Assembly (NCBI GenBank): GCA_046045965.1 | Contig: JBJOKS010000038.1 | Location: 1 to 36,977 of the forward strand | Length of the DNA: 36,977 nucleotides | Reading direction: 5' to 3' | Source of the DNA: Cyanobacteriota bacterium | GTDB taxonomy: Bacteria; Cyanobacteriota; Cyanobacteriia; Cyanobacteriales; Nostocaceae | Shown: in pieces, positions 9,987 through 18,822 of the stretch | How positions within the stretch are numbered: the stretch's first letter is position 1 | How the letters are laid out: every line of letters starts with the position of its first letter | Position numbers and translations under genes: made by a program | Notes under the pieces: generated by a model | Seen by the model: only the letters and a program-made list of their open reading frames with translations | Database searches by the model: none | What the model was told of the DNA's origin: nothing

Positions 9987-10139
9987 ACTTTTAAACTAGC
10001 AAGACGGGAAGGTTTAGCTGCTTATGATGCTGCTTATTTAGGGTTTGCTTTGCGGTTAAATTTACCTTTAGCAATTCTTGATTCTCGGTTAGCGGAAGCA
10101 GCTAGTCGTTGTGGTGTTAGTTTGGTTGTTTTTGATTAG
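9987..10139 (+). pseudogene. C-terminal remnant of a VapC PIN toxin
   Basis: Manual translation TFKLARREGLAAYDAAYLGFALRLNLPLAILDSRLAEAASRCGV contains the YDAAY...L[TI]xD PIN C-terminus; the 5' half is absent. Confidence 0.75.
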
Positions 10140-10190
10140 TTTAACCCATTGGTGGAGAATAGAAGGTAAATTCAGGAATGAGAATATAAG

Positions 10191-12869
10191 TTATAATTTA
10201 TGCAATAATTCTTGTATTTTTTGAGATTCTTGTATATTACCCTGTTGTTGAAATAGTTGTTTAGCAGTTTCTAAGTCTTTAATTGCTTGTTGTTTAGTAC
10301 CTTGTAAAGCATAAGCTAACCCTCGACCATAATAAGGACGTGCTGATTTAGGACTGATAGTAATAGCTTGGTTAAAATCTTGAATTGCTTGTTCTGTTTT
10401 TCTTTCAGTATTTTTAACAAAACCTCGTTCAGTATAAGCTACTAATAATAAAATATTAATGTAATTTTTGGATTTAGGATTAATAGTAATAGCTTGATTA
10501 AAATCGTGAATAGCTTTGTCTAAATTATTTTGTTTCACATAGGCAATTCCTCTAATAAAGTAAACTTTATCATTATGAGGATTAATCATAAGAGCTTGGT
10601 TAAAATCTTGAATAGCCTCCTTAAATTTTTCCTGTTTATAATAAATATTGCCACGATTAACATAAGCTTCTGCAAATTGAGGACTAATAGAAATAGCTTG
10701 ATTAAAATTAACAATCGCTAAGTTTATTTTTCCTTGTTGACCATAAGCAGCACCACGATTAATGTAAGCCTCTGTAAATTGAGGACTAATATTAATGGCT
10801 GCGTTAAAATCTTGAATAGCTTGATCTAAATTGCCTTGTTGACCATAAACAACACCTCTGCTGTCATAAGCCACTGCATACTGAGGATTCAAGGTAATAG
10901 CTTGGCTATAATCTGCAATTGCTTCATTATATCGGTTTAGTTTATAAAATATATCTCCACGAAAGTTATAAATGTAAAATTCCTCTTTTTCTTGTTTTTT
11001 TGCTTCTTCAATTCCTCTATTCAAAGTATGTAAAGCATTTGTATATTCTTTCGATTCATCTAAAATTTTAGCTTTCAGCCAATATAAACGATAAAAATTA
11101 TCTTGTTTCTCAATTGCTTTATTTATGTATTTTAACGCATCATTATATTGTTGTAATGAAAACTTAATTAAACTGATATTATAGTTAGCTTGCCATAAAT
11201 TTGGATCTTTACTTATAGCCTTAGACATTATATTGATCGCATTGTCATAGTCTCTAATACGCCACAATGTAATTCCATAATTAAGCCAATTATAGCCACT
11301 GCTATTCACATTGTTAGGTCTATCAAATATAGGCAGTAATAACAGAAAAAAAGAACTTTCATCTGCGTTTTTTTTCGGTTGATTGTTAGCAATATTTAGT
11401 GCAGTTTGTGGTAACTTGCATAAATCCTCTTTTTGATAAAACAAAAAACTTTGAATAGATAAACCTAAACTGTATCCTAAAAAGTCAGTTTCTGCATAAT
11501 TATGAATACCAATTAATCGTCCTTCAGTATCCCAAATACCTCCTCCACTCATCCCTGAATAAGTTTCATTACTATATGCCAATTCATAACCCTTTTTTTT
11601 AGCCCAAATCTCTCTTCCATCTGCATCTAGCATACCTCCAACATTAAATAAAGATGGATGATTTATTTCTTCCCCCTTCCAACCATATAGAAAAACAAGT
11701 TGTCCTTTACCAGATAGTTTCTGATTTCCTAACTTAGTGTTAGATTTAAAATTACGAAACTCTAAAACTGCCTCTATTTCTTCATCAGACAACTTATAAT
11801 CCCCTAAAGTAGCAACTTGATAAACCTGAGAACTACGAAACTGTAAAACAGCCATATCAAGTCCCTTTCTGGTGCGAATAGTCTCATTATCCACCTTATA
11901 AACTTGTTTATCAGGTGCAACAACTTGATACTCCTGCTTATTTTCCACCACATGAGCAGCAGTCAACACATAATAAACATCCTTATCCTTAGCAATAATA
12001 ACCCCGCTACCAATACCACTTTTACCTTCAATTTTCACTGAAGACTGTTTAGCAATATCTAAAACCTTAGCCGGAATACCCCCAATTTTCCTAATTAACC
12101 TCTCAGGAAACAAACTTAAATCAGGTGCTGCTTCATCCACCAAATTAACAGCAATACCCCAACTATAATTACCCCATTCTTTTAATGTTTTCTCATCAGG
12201 TTGTTCACCTTGTAAATAGCGAAAATCAGTTTGTAAAACCGGGTTAGCAAGTTTACTATTTATCCCCACCAAATAACCTTTTTCATTAATAATTGCTCCC
12301 CCACTCATTCCCTGTTGAATATCATTATTATAAGCTATTTGTTGTCCTTTAATTAAGGGCTGATTTAAAAATAATTTCGCTGTACCTTTGGTAGTTTGCA
12401 AATTACCTTTAACATATCCTCCAGCAAATACCTTTTCCCCTGGTTTAATATTCTCTTCCCCTAAACCAGCGACTAAATAAGTAGTTTCACTGCTAAATGT
12501 CAACCTAGCTAAATCATATAAATCATCTTTTTTATTATCTTGTCTATCTAATTTAGAAAATTCCACATCATGAGTTTTATTATCAGGAGTGACAACTTTT
12601 ACAGATTTAGCATTTTCTATCACATGAGCATTAGTGAGAACTGTATAAAACCCGTTTTGTTTTTTGATAATTGTTCCTGATGCGGTTTCTCTGTCATCTA
12701 CTATAATTTTGACCGTAATTTCTTTTAAGATATTCTTTAATTCTGATTCTGATAAAGTTCCTGGTTTGCGTGCGAATAGGGACGAACTGCAACCAGTGAT
12801 AATAATCGGAGAAGCGGGAAATAGGAGAAGGAAGAATAATAATAGATGGGAAAATTTGTGTAATTTCAT
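10191..12869 (-). CDS. Exported protein with two trypsin-like serine protease domains and a C-terminal TPR array
   Basis: LTNAHV/DLA/GMSGG and LTAAHV/DMA/GMSGG triads; many AY.NRG...A..DFNQAI.I.P repeats; hydrophobic N-terminus with ITGC. Confidence 0.92.
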   Translation of the reverse strand: MKLHKFSHLLLFFLLLFPASPIIITGCSSSLFARKPGTLSESELKNILKEITVKIIVDDRETASGTIIKKQNGFYTVLTNAHVIENAKSVKVVTPDNKTHDVEFSKLDRQDNKKDDLYDLARLTFSSETTYLVAGLGEENIKPGEKVFAGGYVKGNLQTTKGTAKLFLNQPLIKGQQIAYNNDIQQGMSGGAIINEKGYLVGINSKLANPVLQTDFRYLQGEQPDEKTLKEWGNYSWGIAVNLVDEAAPDLSLFPERLIRKIGGIPAKVLDIAKQSSVKIEGKSGIGSGVIIAKDKDVYYVLTAAHVVENKQEYQVVAPDKQVYKVDNETIRTRKGLDMAVLQFRSSQVYQVATLGDYKLSDEEIEAVLEFRNFKSNTKLGNQKLSGKGQLVFLYGWKGEEINHPSLFNVGGMLDADGREIWAKKKGYELAYSNETYSGMSGGGIWDTEGRLIGIHNYAETDFLGYSLGLSIQSFLFYQKEDLCKLPQTALNIANNQPKKNADESSFFLLLLPIFDRPNNVNSSGYNWLNYGITLWRIRDYDNAINIMSKAISKDPNLWQANYNISLIKFSLQQYNDALKYINKAIEKQDNFYRLYWLKAKILDESKEYTNALHTLNRGIEEAKKQEKEEFYIYNFRGDIFYKLNRYNEAIADYSQAITLNPQYAVAYDSRGVVYGQQGNLDQAIQDFNAAINISPQFTEAYINRGAAYGQQGKINLAIVNFNQAISISPQFAEAYVNRGNIYYKQEKFKEAIQDFNQALMINPHNDKVYFIRGIAYVKQNNLDKAIHDFNQAITINPKSKNYINILLLVAYTERGFVKNTERKTEQAIQDFNQAITISPKSARPYYGRGLAYALQGTKQQAIKDLETAKQLFQQQGNIQESQKIQELLHKL

Positions 12870-12896
12870 AGATGATACACCTGGTATATTGATTGA

Positions 12897-12983
12897 TGTA
12901 GGTTGGGTTGAGGAACGAAACCCAACATTTCCAACATTAAGAAGGTTTTTGTTGGGTTGTGCTGTCGCTTAACCCAACCTACA
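12897..12983. repeat. GTAG-type REP-like palindrome (TGTAGGTTGGGTT...AACCCAACCTACA)
   Basis: Perfect 13-bp terminal inverted repeat with internal AACCCAACA/TGTTGGGTT arms. Confidence 0.8.
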
Positions 12984-12987
12984 ATTT

Positions 12988-13833
12988 TTATTGCTCAGAT
13001 TGATGTTGTTGCAACCAATTTTCCAAATCTGACACAACAGAAAAATCTAACAAATCTTCAGCTAATGTTTCTATTTGCTCTCTAGTTAACCGTTCAATTT
13101 TTGCTAATAACTCTTGAGTAATTTCACCAAAACGACGGTTTAATTGTCGTGTAACCAGCAATAAAGCTTCTTTCTTTGATGCTTCTTCCTTCCATTCTCT
13201 AACTGCTCTAGGTTCTTCGGTTGGTATTAACATAGCTTCTATTTCCTCTCGACTGAATTTGAATTTGTAAGCAATGATTTTCGTTACTAAATCTATTATC
13301 GCTTCTTGCTCAAAAATGTCCACCTCAGTATTTTTTGTTTTTCTGAGTAAAAATTTAGCCGCTTCTATTGCTTTATCTTCAGGAGTAGTAGTTAACAACA
13401 TTAACCCTATTCCTAAAGGTTGGTTTTCTAAATCTCCCAATTCATCCAAATAGATTCTTTTAACTTTGTAACTGTCTACCAATACATCATGAATTAGGTA
13501 ATTAGATGGTTCTAAACTCCGGGATGGGAAAATGATCACACCATACCAGTTATCATACCTCACTTTACTACGATATAGAAATATCATTAATTCAGTAAAG
13601 AACCGATGATACAAATCTTGATCTTCTTGAAATTGCACTTCAGCGAAAAATGCTATTTTTGGATTAGCATGATCTGGAGGTAAAAATACTCCATCAATTC
13701 TAAATGCTGTTTCTTTGACTTCGATGGAATCAAATTGATATTCTGCTGCTGTGGGTGGTTTCTCGTCTACCAGTTCAAATATTAAACTGGGAAATTGTTT
13801 GAATAGTTGATAAAAAATTGTATCTCGTCTCAT
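12988..13833 (-). CDS. Rpn family recombination-promoting nuclease / putative transposase (DUF2887 + DUF4351)
   Basis: MRRDTIFYQLF, FRIDGVF and FAEVQFQ (PD-(D/E)xK-like); C-terminal RQLNRRFG...LAEDLLDF...L.NWL. Confidence 0.9.
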   Translation of the reverse strand: MRRDTIFYQLFKQFPSLIFELVDEKPPTAAEYQFDSIEVKETAFRIDGVFLPPDHANPKIAFFAEVQFQEDQDLYHRFFTELMIFLYRSKVRYDNWYGVIIFPSRSLEPSNYLIHDVLVDSYKVKRIYLDELGDLENQPLGIGLMLLTTTPEDKAIEAAKFLLRKTKNTEVDIFEQEAIIDLVTKIIAYKFKFSREEIEAMLIPTEEPRAVREWKEEASKKEALLLVTRQLNRRFGEITQELLAKIERLTREQIETLAEDLLDFSVVSDLENWLQQHQSEQ

Positions 13834-13851
13834 GGTAGATGCTATTTCTCC

Positions 13852-14385
13852 TTATTTATTAAACACATTGAAAATATTAACTGTACAAGTTAAATTAGCA
13901 CCTGTTTCTTGTGGTGGTTTACAGTCGGAAGAATTTTGATATGCGCTGGAAGCATCACCATTTAACACCGCAGTAAATTTTCTTAATTCATTAACAGGAT
14001 CATCTGATTCTAATAATGTTAAAATCAGAGTATGACAATCTTTTCCTGTGGTTGTACATAAAGACTTAAATCTTTGATTAGGATTATTTTCCGCTTCCGA
14101 ATAACCCCAAGTTAAAGTTTTCAAAGTTCCATTATCATAAGCAGTTTGTAATTTTGGTGTGACTTCTTGACATCTCCGTTGTGGAGGAAACCCAGCTTTT
14201 ACAAAATCGGTACGTCTCCACTCTATTAAATCTCTTGTTTGGTTTTGGTATGTAACTTTGGTTGTGTGTTCTCCATTGTTATCTGTTTCACAGGAGAAAA
14301 CAACTTTTTCTGTTTCTTTACATCCTGTTAATATAAGATTGACAATAAACAAACTGATAAATAACAACCACCGATAACTTTTCAT
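13852..14385 (-). CDS. COP23-domain lipoprotein
   Basis: LTGC lipobox; FSC...TT...LIEW...F..AG.PPQRRCQEV...Q.AYDNG pattern typical of COP23. Confidence 0.75.
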   Translation of the reverse strand: MKSYRWLLFISLFIVNLILTGCKETEKVVFSCETDNNGEHTTKVTYQNQTRDLIEWRRTDFVKAGFPPQRRCQEVTPKLQTAYDNGTLKTLTWGYSEAENNPNQRFKSLCTTTGKDCHTLILTLLESDDPVNELRKFTAVLNGDASSAYQNSSDCKPPQETGANLTCTVNIFNVFNK

Positions 14386-14490
14386 AATGGCAATTTTGGA
14401 TATGGTAAATTACTACTTGTAGTATAGTATAATTTAATTATGTTATGGTATAAATTTTTTGTAAATAATTGTTGAATTAGCTGTCTCTCA

Positions 14491-14604
14491 TATCTCGTTC
14501 CCATACTCTGTATGGGAATGAATAAAGGAAGTCTCTGACTTCCGTGATAGTCGAGTCGGAGACTCTATCACAGCATTCCCAGTCTGGAGACTGGGAACGA
14601 GATA
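14491..14604. repeat. Multi-hairpin palindromic dispersed element (TATCTCGTTCCCA...TGGGAACGAGATA)
   Basis: 13-bp terminal inverted repeat enclosing four hairpins. Confidence 0.8.
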
Positions 14605-14620
14605 ATTTATCTGTCACCTG

Positions 14621-15988
14621 TCACCTGTCACCTGATATATCTGTCACCCAAGCTTTAATTAGATAATCTCCTAAACTCTCACTTTCTGACTTAATTTTCA
14701 ATTCATATTCACCTTTTTCTATCATAATAGAAGCTGTAAAGTTATTATCTTGAATTGCCACATCTTCCACTTTCATAAAACTCTTATCCTCTAATTTACT
14801 AATTGTGAAAATAGGACGAAAATCATTACTCACTATTTCCACTGTCAAATATTGCCTTTTGTCACTTTTAAATTTGTAAACATCAAAATTTTTACCACTA
14901 CCTAATTCTTTATTATCTGCTGTTGTTAATTGTCCTAATTTTTCTTTTCCATCTGCTATTAATTGACTATCAGATTTCGGTAAAATAGCAATTACACCGA
15001 TAACTACACCAATTATTAACATAATTCCTGAAATTCCCATCATCATTAATTTAATCAATTTCCAGGGAATAGAAGGTGTTGGTGTTGTTTGTGGAGTGGG
15101 TGTAGGTGGTTTATTTGTGGTTAATGCTGTTAACGCTTCCTGTGCATTTTGAAAACGGTTTTTATAATCTTCACAAATCATCTTATTTAAAAAATCAGCA
15201 AATTCAAAACTTACATTTACTTTTGTTTGCCAATTTTTAAATAAGTTAGGTGTAAAAGAAGGATCTTCACCTGTGATTGCAAAAACCCCAATCATTCCGA
15301 TAGAATAAATATCACTTGCAAAAGATACTAATCCTAATACAATTTCTGGTGCAATATATCCCTGTGTTCCTCCTAAAATTGACCCGATTTTTGTTCCTGG
15401 AACTGTTACTTCTTTAACTAAACCAAAATCAATGATGACTAATTTATTATCTTCACTTCTGCGAATTATATTTTCTGGTTTTATATCTCGATGAATGACT
15501 GCATAACCTTTGTTATTTTTAATGTCTTGGATATATTCAACCACTGCTAAAATCTCCATTAATAAAGATTTAACTTGATCTTCTGTTAATTTCTTTCCTG
15601 GTTGAATTTCTGCTGCTAAAGAATGTCCTTCTATATATTCCTGTGCATAAAATTCTTCTCCTAGTTCTGTAAACCTTTCATGAATAGTAGGAATTTGATG
15701 ATATGTTTCTCCTAGTTTCGCTAATGCTTGAGTTTCTTTACTAAAAAGTCGTAAATAATTAGCCCAAACTTGATTAATTTTCTCCTGTTGTTCTGCTTTT
15801 GGTAAATGTTCAATCTTTAAACTTGCAGGTGTTGGTTTTTTGAGTTGTTTTAAAACTAACATCCTTTGATTGGGATGATTTCGATCTTTAACTTTATAGG
15901 TAATACCAAATCCGGTTTTAGTAGATAAAATTTCTATGATTTGATAACGCTCTCGGAGAATAGCACCAATGGGTAAAATGTTATTCAT
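14621..15988 (-). CDS. Hanks-type Ser/Thr kinase with one TM helix and a C-terminal PPC-like beta domain
   Basis: GFGITY, VLK, HRDIKPEN, DFG and APE motifs; Pro/Thr linker; hydrophobic helix; FDVYKF...GEYEL domain. Confidence 0.93.
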   Translation of the reverse strand: MNNILPIGAILRERYQIIEILSTKTGFGITYKVKDRNHPNQRMLVLKQLKKPTPASLKIEHLPKAEQQEKINQVWANYLRLFSKETQALAKLGETYHQIPTIHERFTELGEEFYAQEYIEGHSLAAEIQPGKKLTEDQVKSLLMEILAVVEYIQDIKNNKGYAVIHRDIKPENIIRRSEDNKLVIIDFGLVKEVTVPGTKIGSILGGTQGYIAPEIVLGLVSFASDIYSIGMIGVFAITGEDPSFTPNLFKNWQTKVNVSFEFADFLNKMICEDYKNRFQNAQEALTALTTNKPPTPTPQTTPTPSIPWKLIKLMMMGISGIMLIIGVVIGVIAILPKSDSQLIADGKEKLGQLTTADNKELGSGKNFDVYKFKSDKRQYLTVEIVSNDFRPIFTISKLEDKSFMKVEDVAIQDNNFTASIMIEKGEYELKIKSESESLGDYLIKAWVTDISGDR

Positions 15989-16030
15989 ATTTATTGTTAA
16001 AGTTTTTATTGATTTTTGAATTCCGCTGTT

Positions 16031-16050
16031 GCTTAACCCAACCTACAATT
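16031..16050. repeat. Half copy of the GTAG REP element (GCTTAACCCAACCTACAATT)
   Basis: Identical 20-mer at 12967-12986. Confidence 0.75.
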
Positions 16051-16248
16051 GAGAACACTATCAATTTTCCTGTAATCATGTAATCAATTAATCCTTATCT
16101 GTGTTCATCTGCGTTCCATTATTCTTGACATTTTCTTCTATGCAGTTTCATATTAATTTGGTATATGAGAAAAAAAATGTAATATAAATCTTACATCACA
16201 AAATTATGTATTATCAATTCCGTTGAAGACTCAAAATCTAAAATCATA

Positions 16249-17991
16249 ATGAATGAAATTTATACAACAGATGTCCTCGTAGTCGGTGGAGGAACAGGTG
16301 GAACTGCGGCCGCTATCCAAGCAGCACGAAGAGGCGCTAAAACTATTCTTGTCAGTGAATTTTCCTGGTTAGGAGGTATGCTAACATCTGCTGGCGTATC
16401 TGCTCCTGATGGCAATGAATTAAAATCTTTTCAAACAGGTTTATGGGGTTCATTTCTTGAAGAATTACGCAAAAGACAACCAGGAGGTTTAGATAATAGT
16501 TGGGTGAGTTTTTTTAGTTATCAACCCCATATAGGTGCAGAAATTTTCGCAGACTGGGTGCAAGAATTACCTAATTTACAATGGATTTCCGGTAAAGTAC
16601 CTATAGAAGTTTTACGGAGAGAAGACTGTATTATAGGTGTGCGCTTTGCAGATTTCACAGTCAACGCCAAAATAATTCTTGATGGTACAGAATTAGGCGA
16701 TTTATTAGCTTTAGGAGATGTTCCTTATCGTTGGGGTTGGGAACTAAAATCAGAGTGGGGAGAACCTAGCGCACCAGAAAGTTTTAACTCGCTTACAGAA
16801 AGATACTGCGTACAATCACCGACTTGGGTAGTGATAATGCACGATTTTGGTGAAAATGTCGCTCCAGAAATTCCAAGAGCGCCTAATTATGACCCATCTT
16901 TATTTACAGGCGCTTGGGATGATTATGGAGCAGAAAAATTTTTAAACTATGGACGTTTGCCAGGAAATTGGTTTATGATTAACTGGCCTATTTGTGGCAA
17001 CGACTACGGCCAAAAAGCTAATCGTTTGATAGAGTCAAAGATAGCAAGACGTGAGTTTACCCAAGAATGTTTCTGGCATAGTCAAAACTTTGCCCATTAT
17101 ATTCAAACTCACCTTGGTAGACGCTACGGTTTAGCAGAAGGAGTTTTCCCCAGTCTCTCTCCAGCTTTTGCACTTCATCCCTATTTTCGGGAAAGTCGCC
17201 GCTTAGAGGGACTTGTTACCGTCTCTGAGCAAGATATTCTGCCCATTGCAGACGGTCAAGTTGCAGCTAAGTTTGATGATGCGGTTGCTATTGGTAACTA
17301 CGCCAATGATCACCATTATCCGGGTGTTAAGTTCTCACTGCAACCTAAATCTATTCGCTGGGGGGGACGTTGGACAGGAACACCCTTTACTATTCCTTAT
17401 CGTTGCCTGATTCCTAAGTCTACAGATGGTTTGCTGGTGTGTGAGAAAAATATTTCTGTGTCCCATATTGCTAATGGTGCTACCAGACTACAACCAGTAG
17501 TGATGGGTATTGGTCAAGCCGCAGGTATGGCCGCTGCTCTCTGTTGTGAGCTAAATTGTCAGCCCAGGGATTTACCCGTGAGGATGTTACAAACAGCTTT
17601 ATTAACTGATGAGCAATGTCCAACAGCAATTGTTCCCTTGTTCAATTTACCAAATCATCATCCAGAGTGGTTAGACTGGCAAATTCATTATTTAGATCAC
17701 CCAGAAGTTTATCCTGCCAGTGGTAATTGTCCTTGTTCATCGGTTAATCAGTGCGATTACTTGAATCTTAATTCTTTCATAGGCATTTTTAATAGCCTAG
17801 ACCAACAAGATTATAGATTTACTATCACAAACCCAACTCAATTATTACCAAAAACTTGGCAGATTGTGACTTGGGAATCTTCTGTCGATGAGCAATTGCA
17901 ATTCCTGACCCAAAATCAAAAGCTCACCGTCTGGGGTCGTCCAAATTCATCTGGTAACTGGATGCTTGTCGAACATATCGACGAAGTATAA
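16249..17991 (+). CDS. FAD-dependent oxidoreductase
   Basis: DVLVVGGGTGG dinucleotide motif, RESRR and IPYRCLIP; the usual upstream neighbour of patX. Confidence 0.92.
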   Translation: MNEIYTTDVLVVGGGTGGTAAAIQAARRGAKTILVSEFSWLGGMLTSAGVSAPDGNELKSFQTGLWGSFLEELRKRQPGGLDNSWVSFFSYQPHIGAEIFADWVQELPNLQWISGKVPIEVLRREDCIIGVRFADFTVNAKIILDGTELGDLLALGDVPYRWGWELKSEWGEPSAPESFNSLTERYCVQSPTWVVIMHDFGENVAPEIPRAPNYDPSLFTGAWDDYGAEKFLNYGRLPGNWFMINWPICGNDYGQKANRLIESKIARREFTQECFWHSQNFAHYIQTHLGRRYGLAEGVFPSLSPAFALHPYFRESRRLEGLVTVSEQDILPIADGQVAAKFDDAVAIGNYANDHHYPGVKFSLQPKSIRWGGRWTGTPFTIPYRCLIPKSTDGLLVCEKNISVSHIANGATRLQPVVMGIGQAAGMAAALCCELNCQPRDLPVRMLQTALLTDEQCPTAIVPLFNLPNHHPEWLDWQIHYLDHPEVYPASGNCPCSSVNQCDYLNLNSFIGIFNSLDQQDYRFTITNPTQLLPKTWQIVTWESSVDEQLQFLTQNQKLTVWGRPNSSGNWMLVEHIDEV

Positions 17992-18035
17992 AATTGGTTT
18001 TCTTGCAGTTAAATACAATACTTTTTTATAAATCG

Positions 18036-18078
18036 TCCGGATCATTAGAGAAAAGCTAAGTATCAGTGAAGTAGAGAG
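18036..18078 (+). promoter_or_regulatory. DIF1 heterocyst-specific promoter of patX
   Basis: TCCGGA(18036-41)-N18-GTATCAGT, followed by GTAGAGAG. Confidence 0.8.
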
Positions 18079-18098
18079 TTCTAAAATAGACATCTACT

Positions 18099-18335
18099 AT
18101 GCGTGCTGCCATTTCACTTTTAGTATCGAGTCTGGTATTCGGCTCCTTAGCTTTTAACTACGAAGCAGAGTTCACTAGCCTTTCGCGTTTGCTGACTGCT
18201 TATTCTGGTTCAGGATTTCTGCTTGCAGACAATTCAAAACCCGGTCCTAACCAACCAGAACAGCCAGCGCCTCATCGCGGTAGTGGACGTAAAGAGTCAA
18301 TGGAATTCTTCAGCAATTTCCATTCTCTTGTTTAA
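18099..18335 (+). CDS. patX: Heterocyst pattern inhibitor PatX
   Basis: Signal-like N-terminus MRAAISLLVSSLVFG and PxxPxxPxHRGSGR motif; DIF1 promoter; linked to hetR, sepJ and glnA. Confidence 0.93.
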   Translation: MRAAISLLVSSLVFGSLAFNYEAEFTSLSRLLTAYSGSGFLLADNSKPGPNQPEQPAPHRGSGRKESMEFFSNFHSLV

Positions 18336-18440
18336 CAACCTTAGCTTCAGACTGCTTGTAGGAGAATTCGTTGCCAGCAAAGCCATCACATAACGGAATA
18401 ACTGGGTGTTTATCGTCCTTTACACAAGTTGTAGAACAGA

Positions 18441-18599
18441 GACTAGAGACATAGACAGTTAAAGCACTACATTCCTGATCCACAGTTACAGATTTTAGTT
18501 TCTTTGACAGAGATATAAACAGTTAAAGCACTACATAACTCGGTCATGGTTCCAGACTTTATCTTCTCTGACAGAGATATAAACAGTTAAAGCACTACA
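18441..18599. repeat. Three direct repeats of GACAGAGATATAAACAGTTAAAGCACTACA with a 64-bp period
   Basis: Core ACAGTTAAAGCACTACA at 18455, 18519 and 18583; 34-nt intervals. Confidence 0.9.
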
Positions 18600-18641
18600 C
18601 AACTTCACAAATCAGCAACGACTGAGAATTTCCTGACAACA

Positions 18642-18672
18642 TCCGGTAATTGCGGTAAACCTGGCGTATATT
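18642..18672 (+). promoter_or_regulatory. Second DIF1-like promoter with no ORF downstream
   Basis: TCCGGT-aattgcggtaaacctggc(18)-GTATATT. Confidence 0.45.
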
Positions 18673-18822
18673 GGTGGCTTAGTAAATCATATACGTACTA
18701 ATCTGGCTTTTTCAACTGCTGCTGTGTTCCGTTCAGTATCTACAGGTTGAAGGGGCAAGTTGGGAAATCAGAGTGAAAATAGGACTGTTATTGCTGTGAT
18801 CAAACCGTCAAATTTGGTGTGA

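Noticed and set aside
12664..12972. 102-aa plus-strand ORF
   Set aside because: Antisense to the protease gene and reads through the REP palindrome.
18441..18599. CRISPR array interpretation of the 30-nt repeat / 34-nt spacer pattern
   Set aside because: The spacers resemble each other, the repeat has no palindrome or GTT...GAAA[CG] ends, and there are no cas genes. Kept as an unexplained repeat instead.
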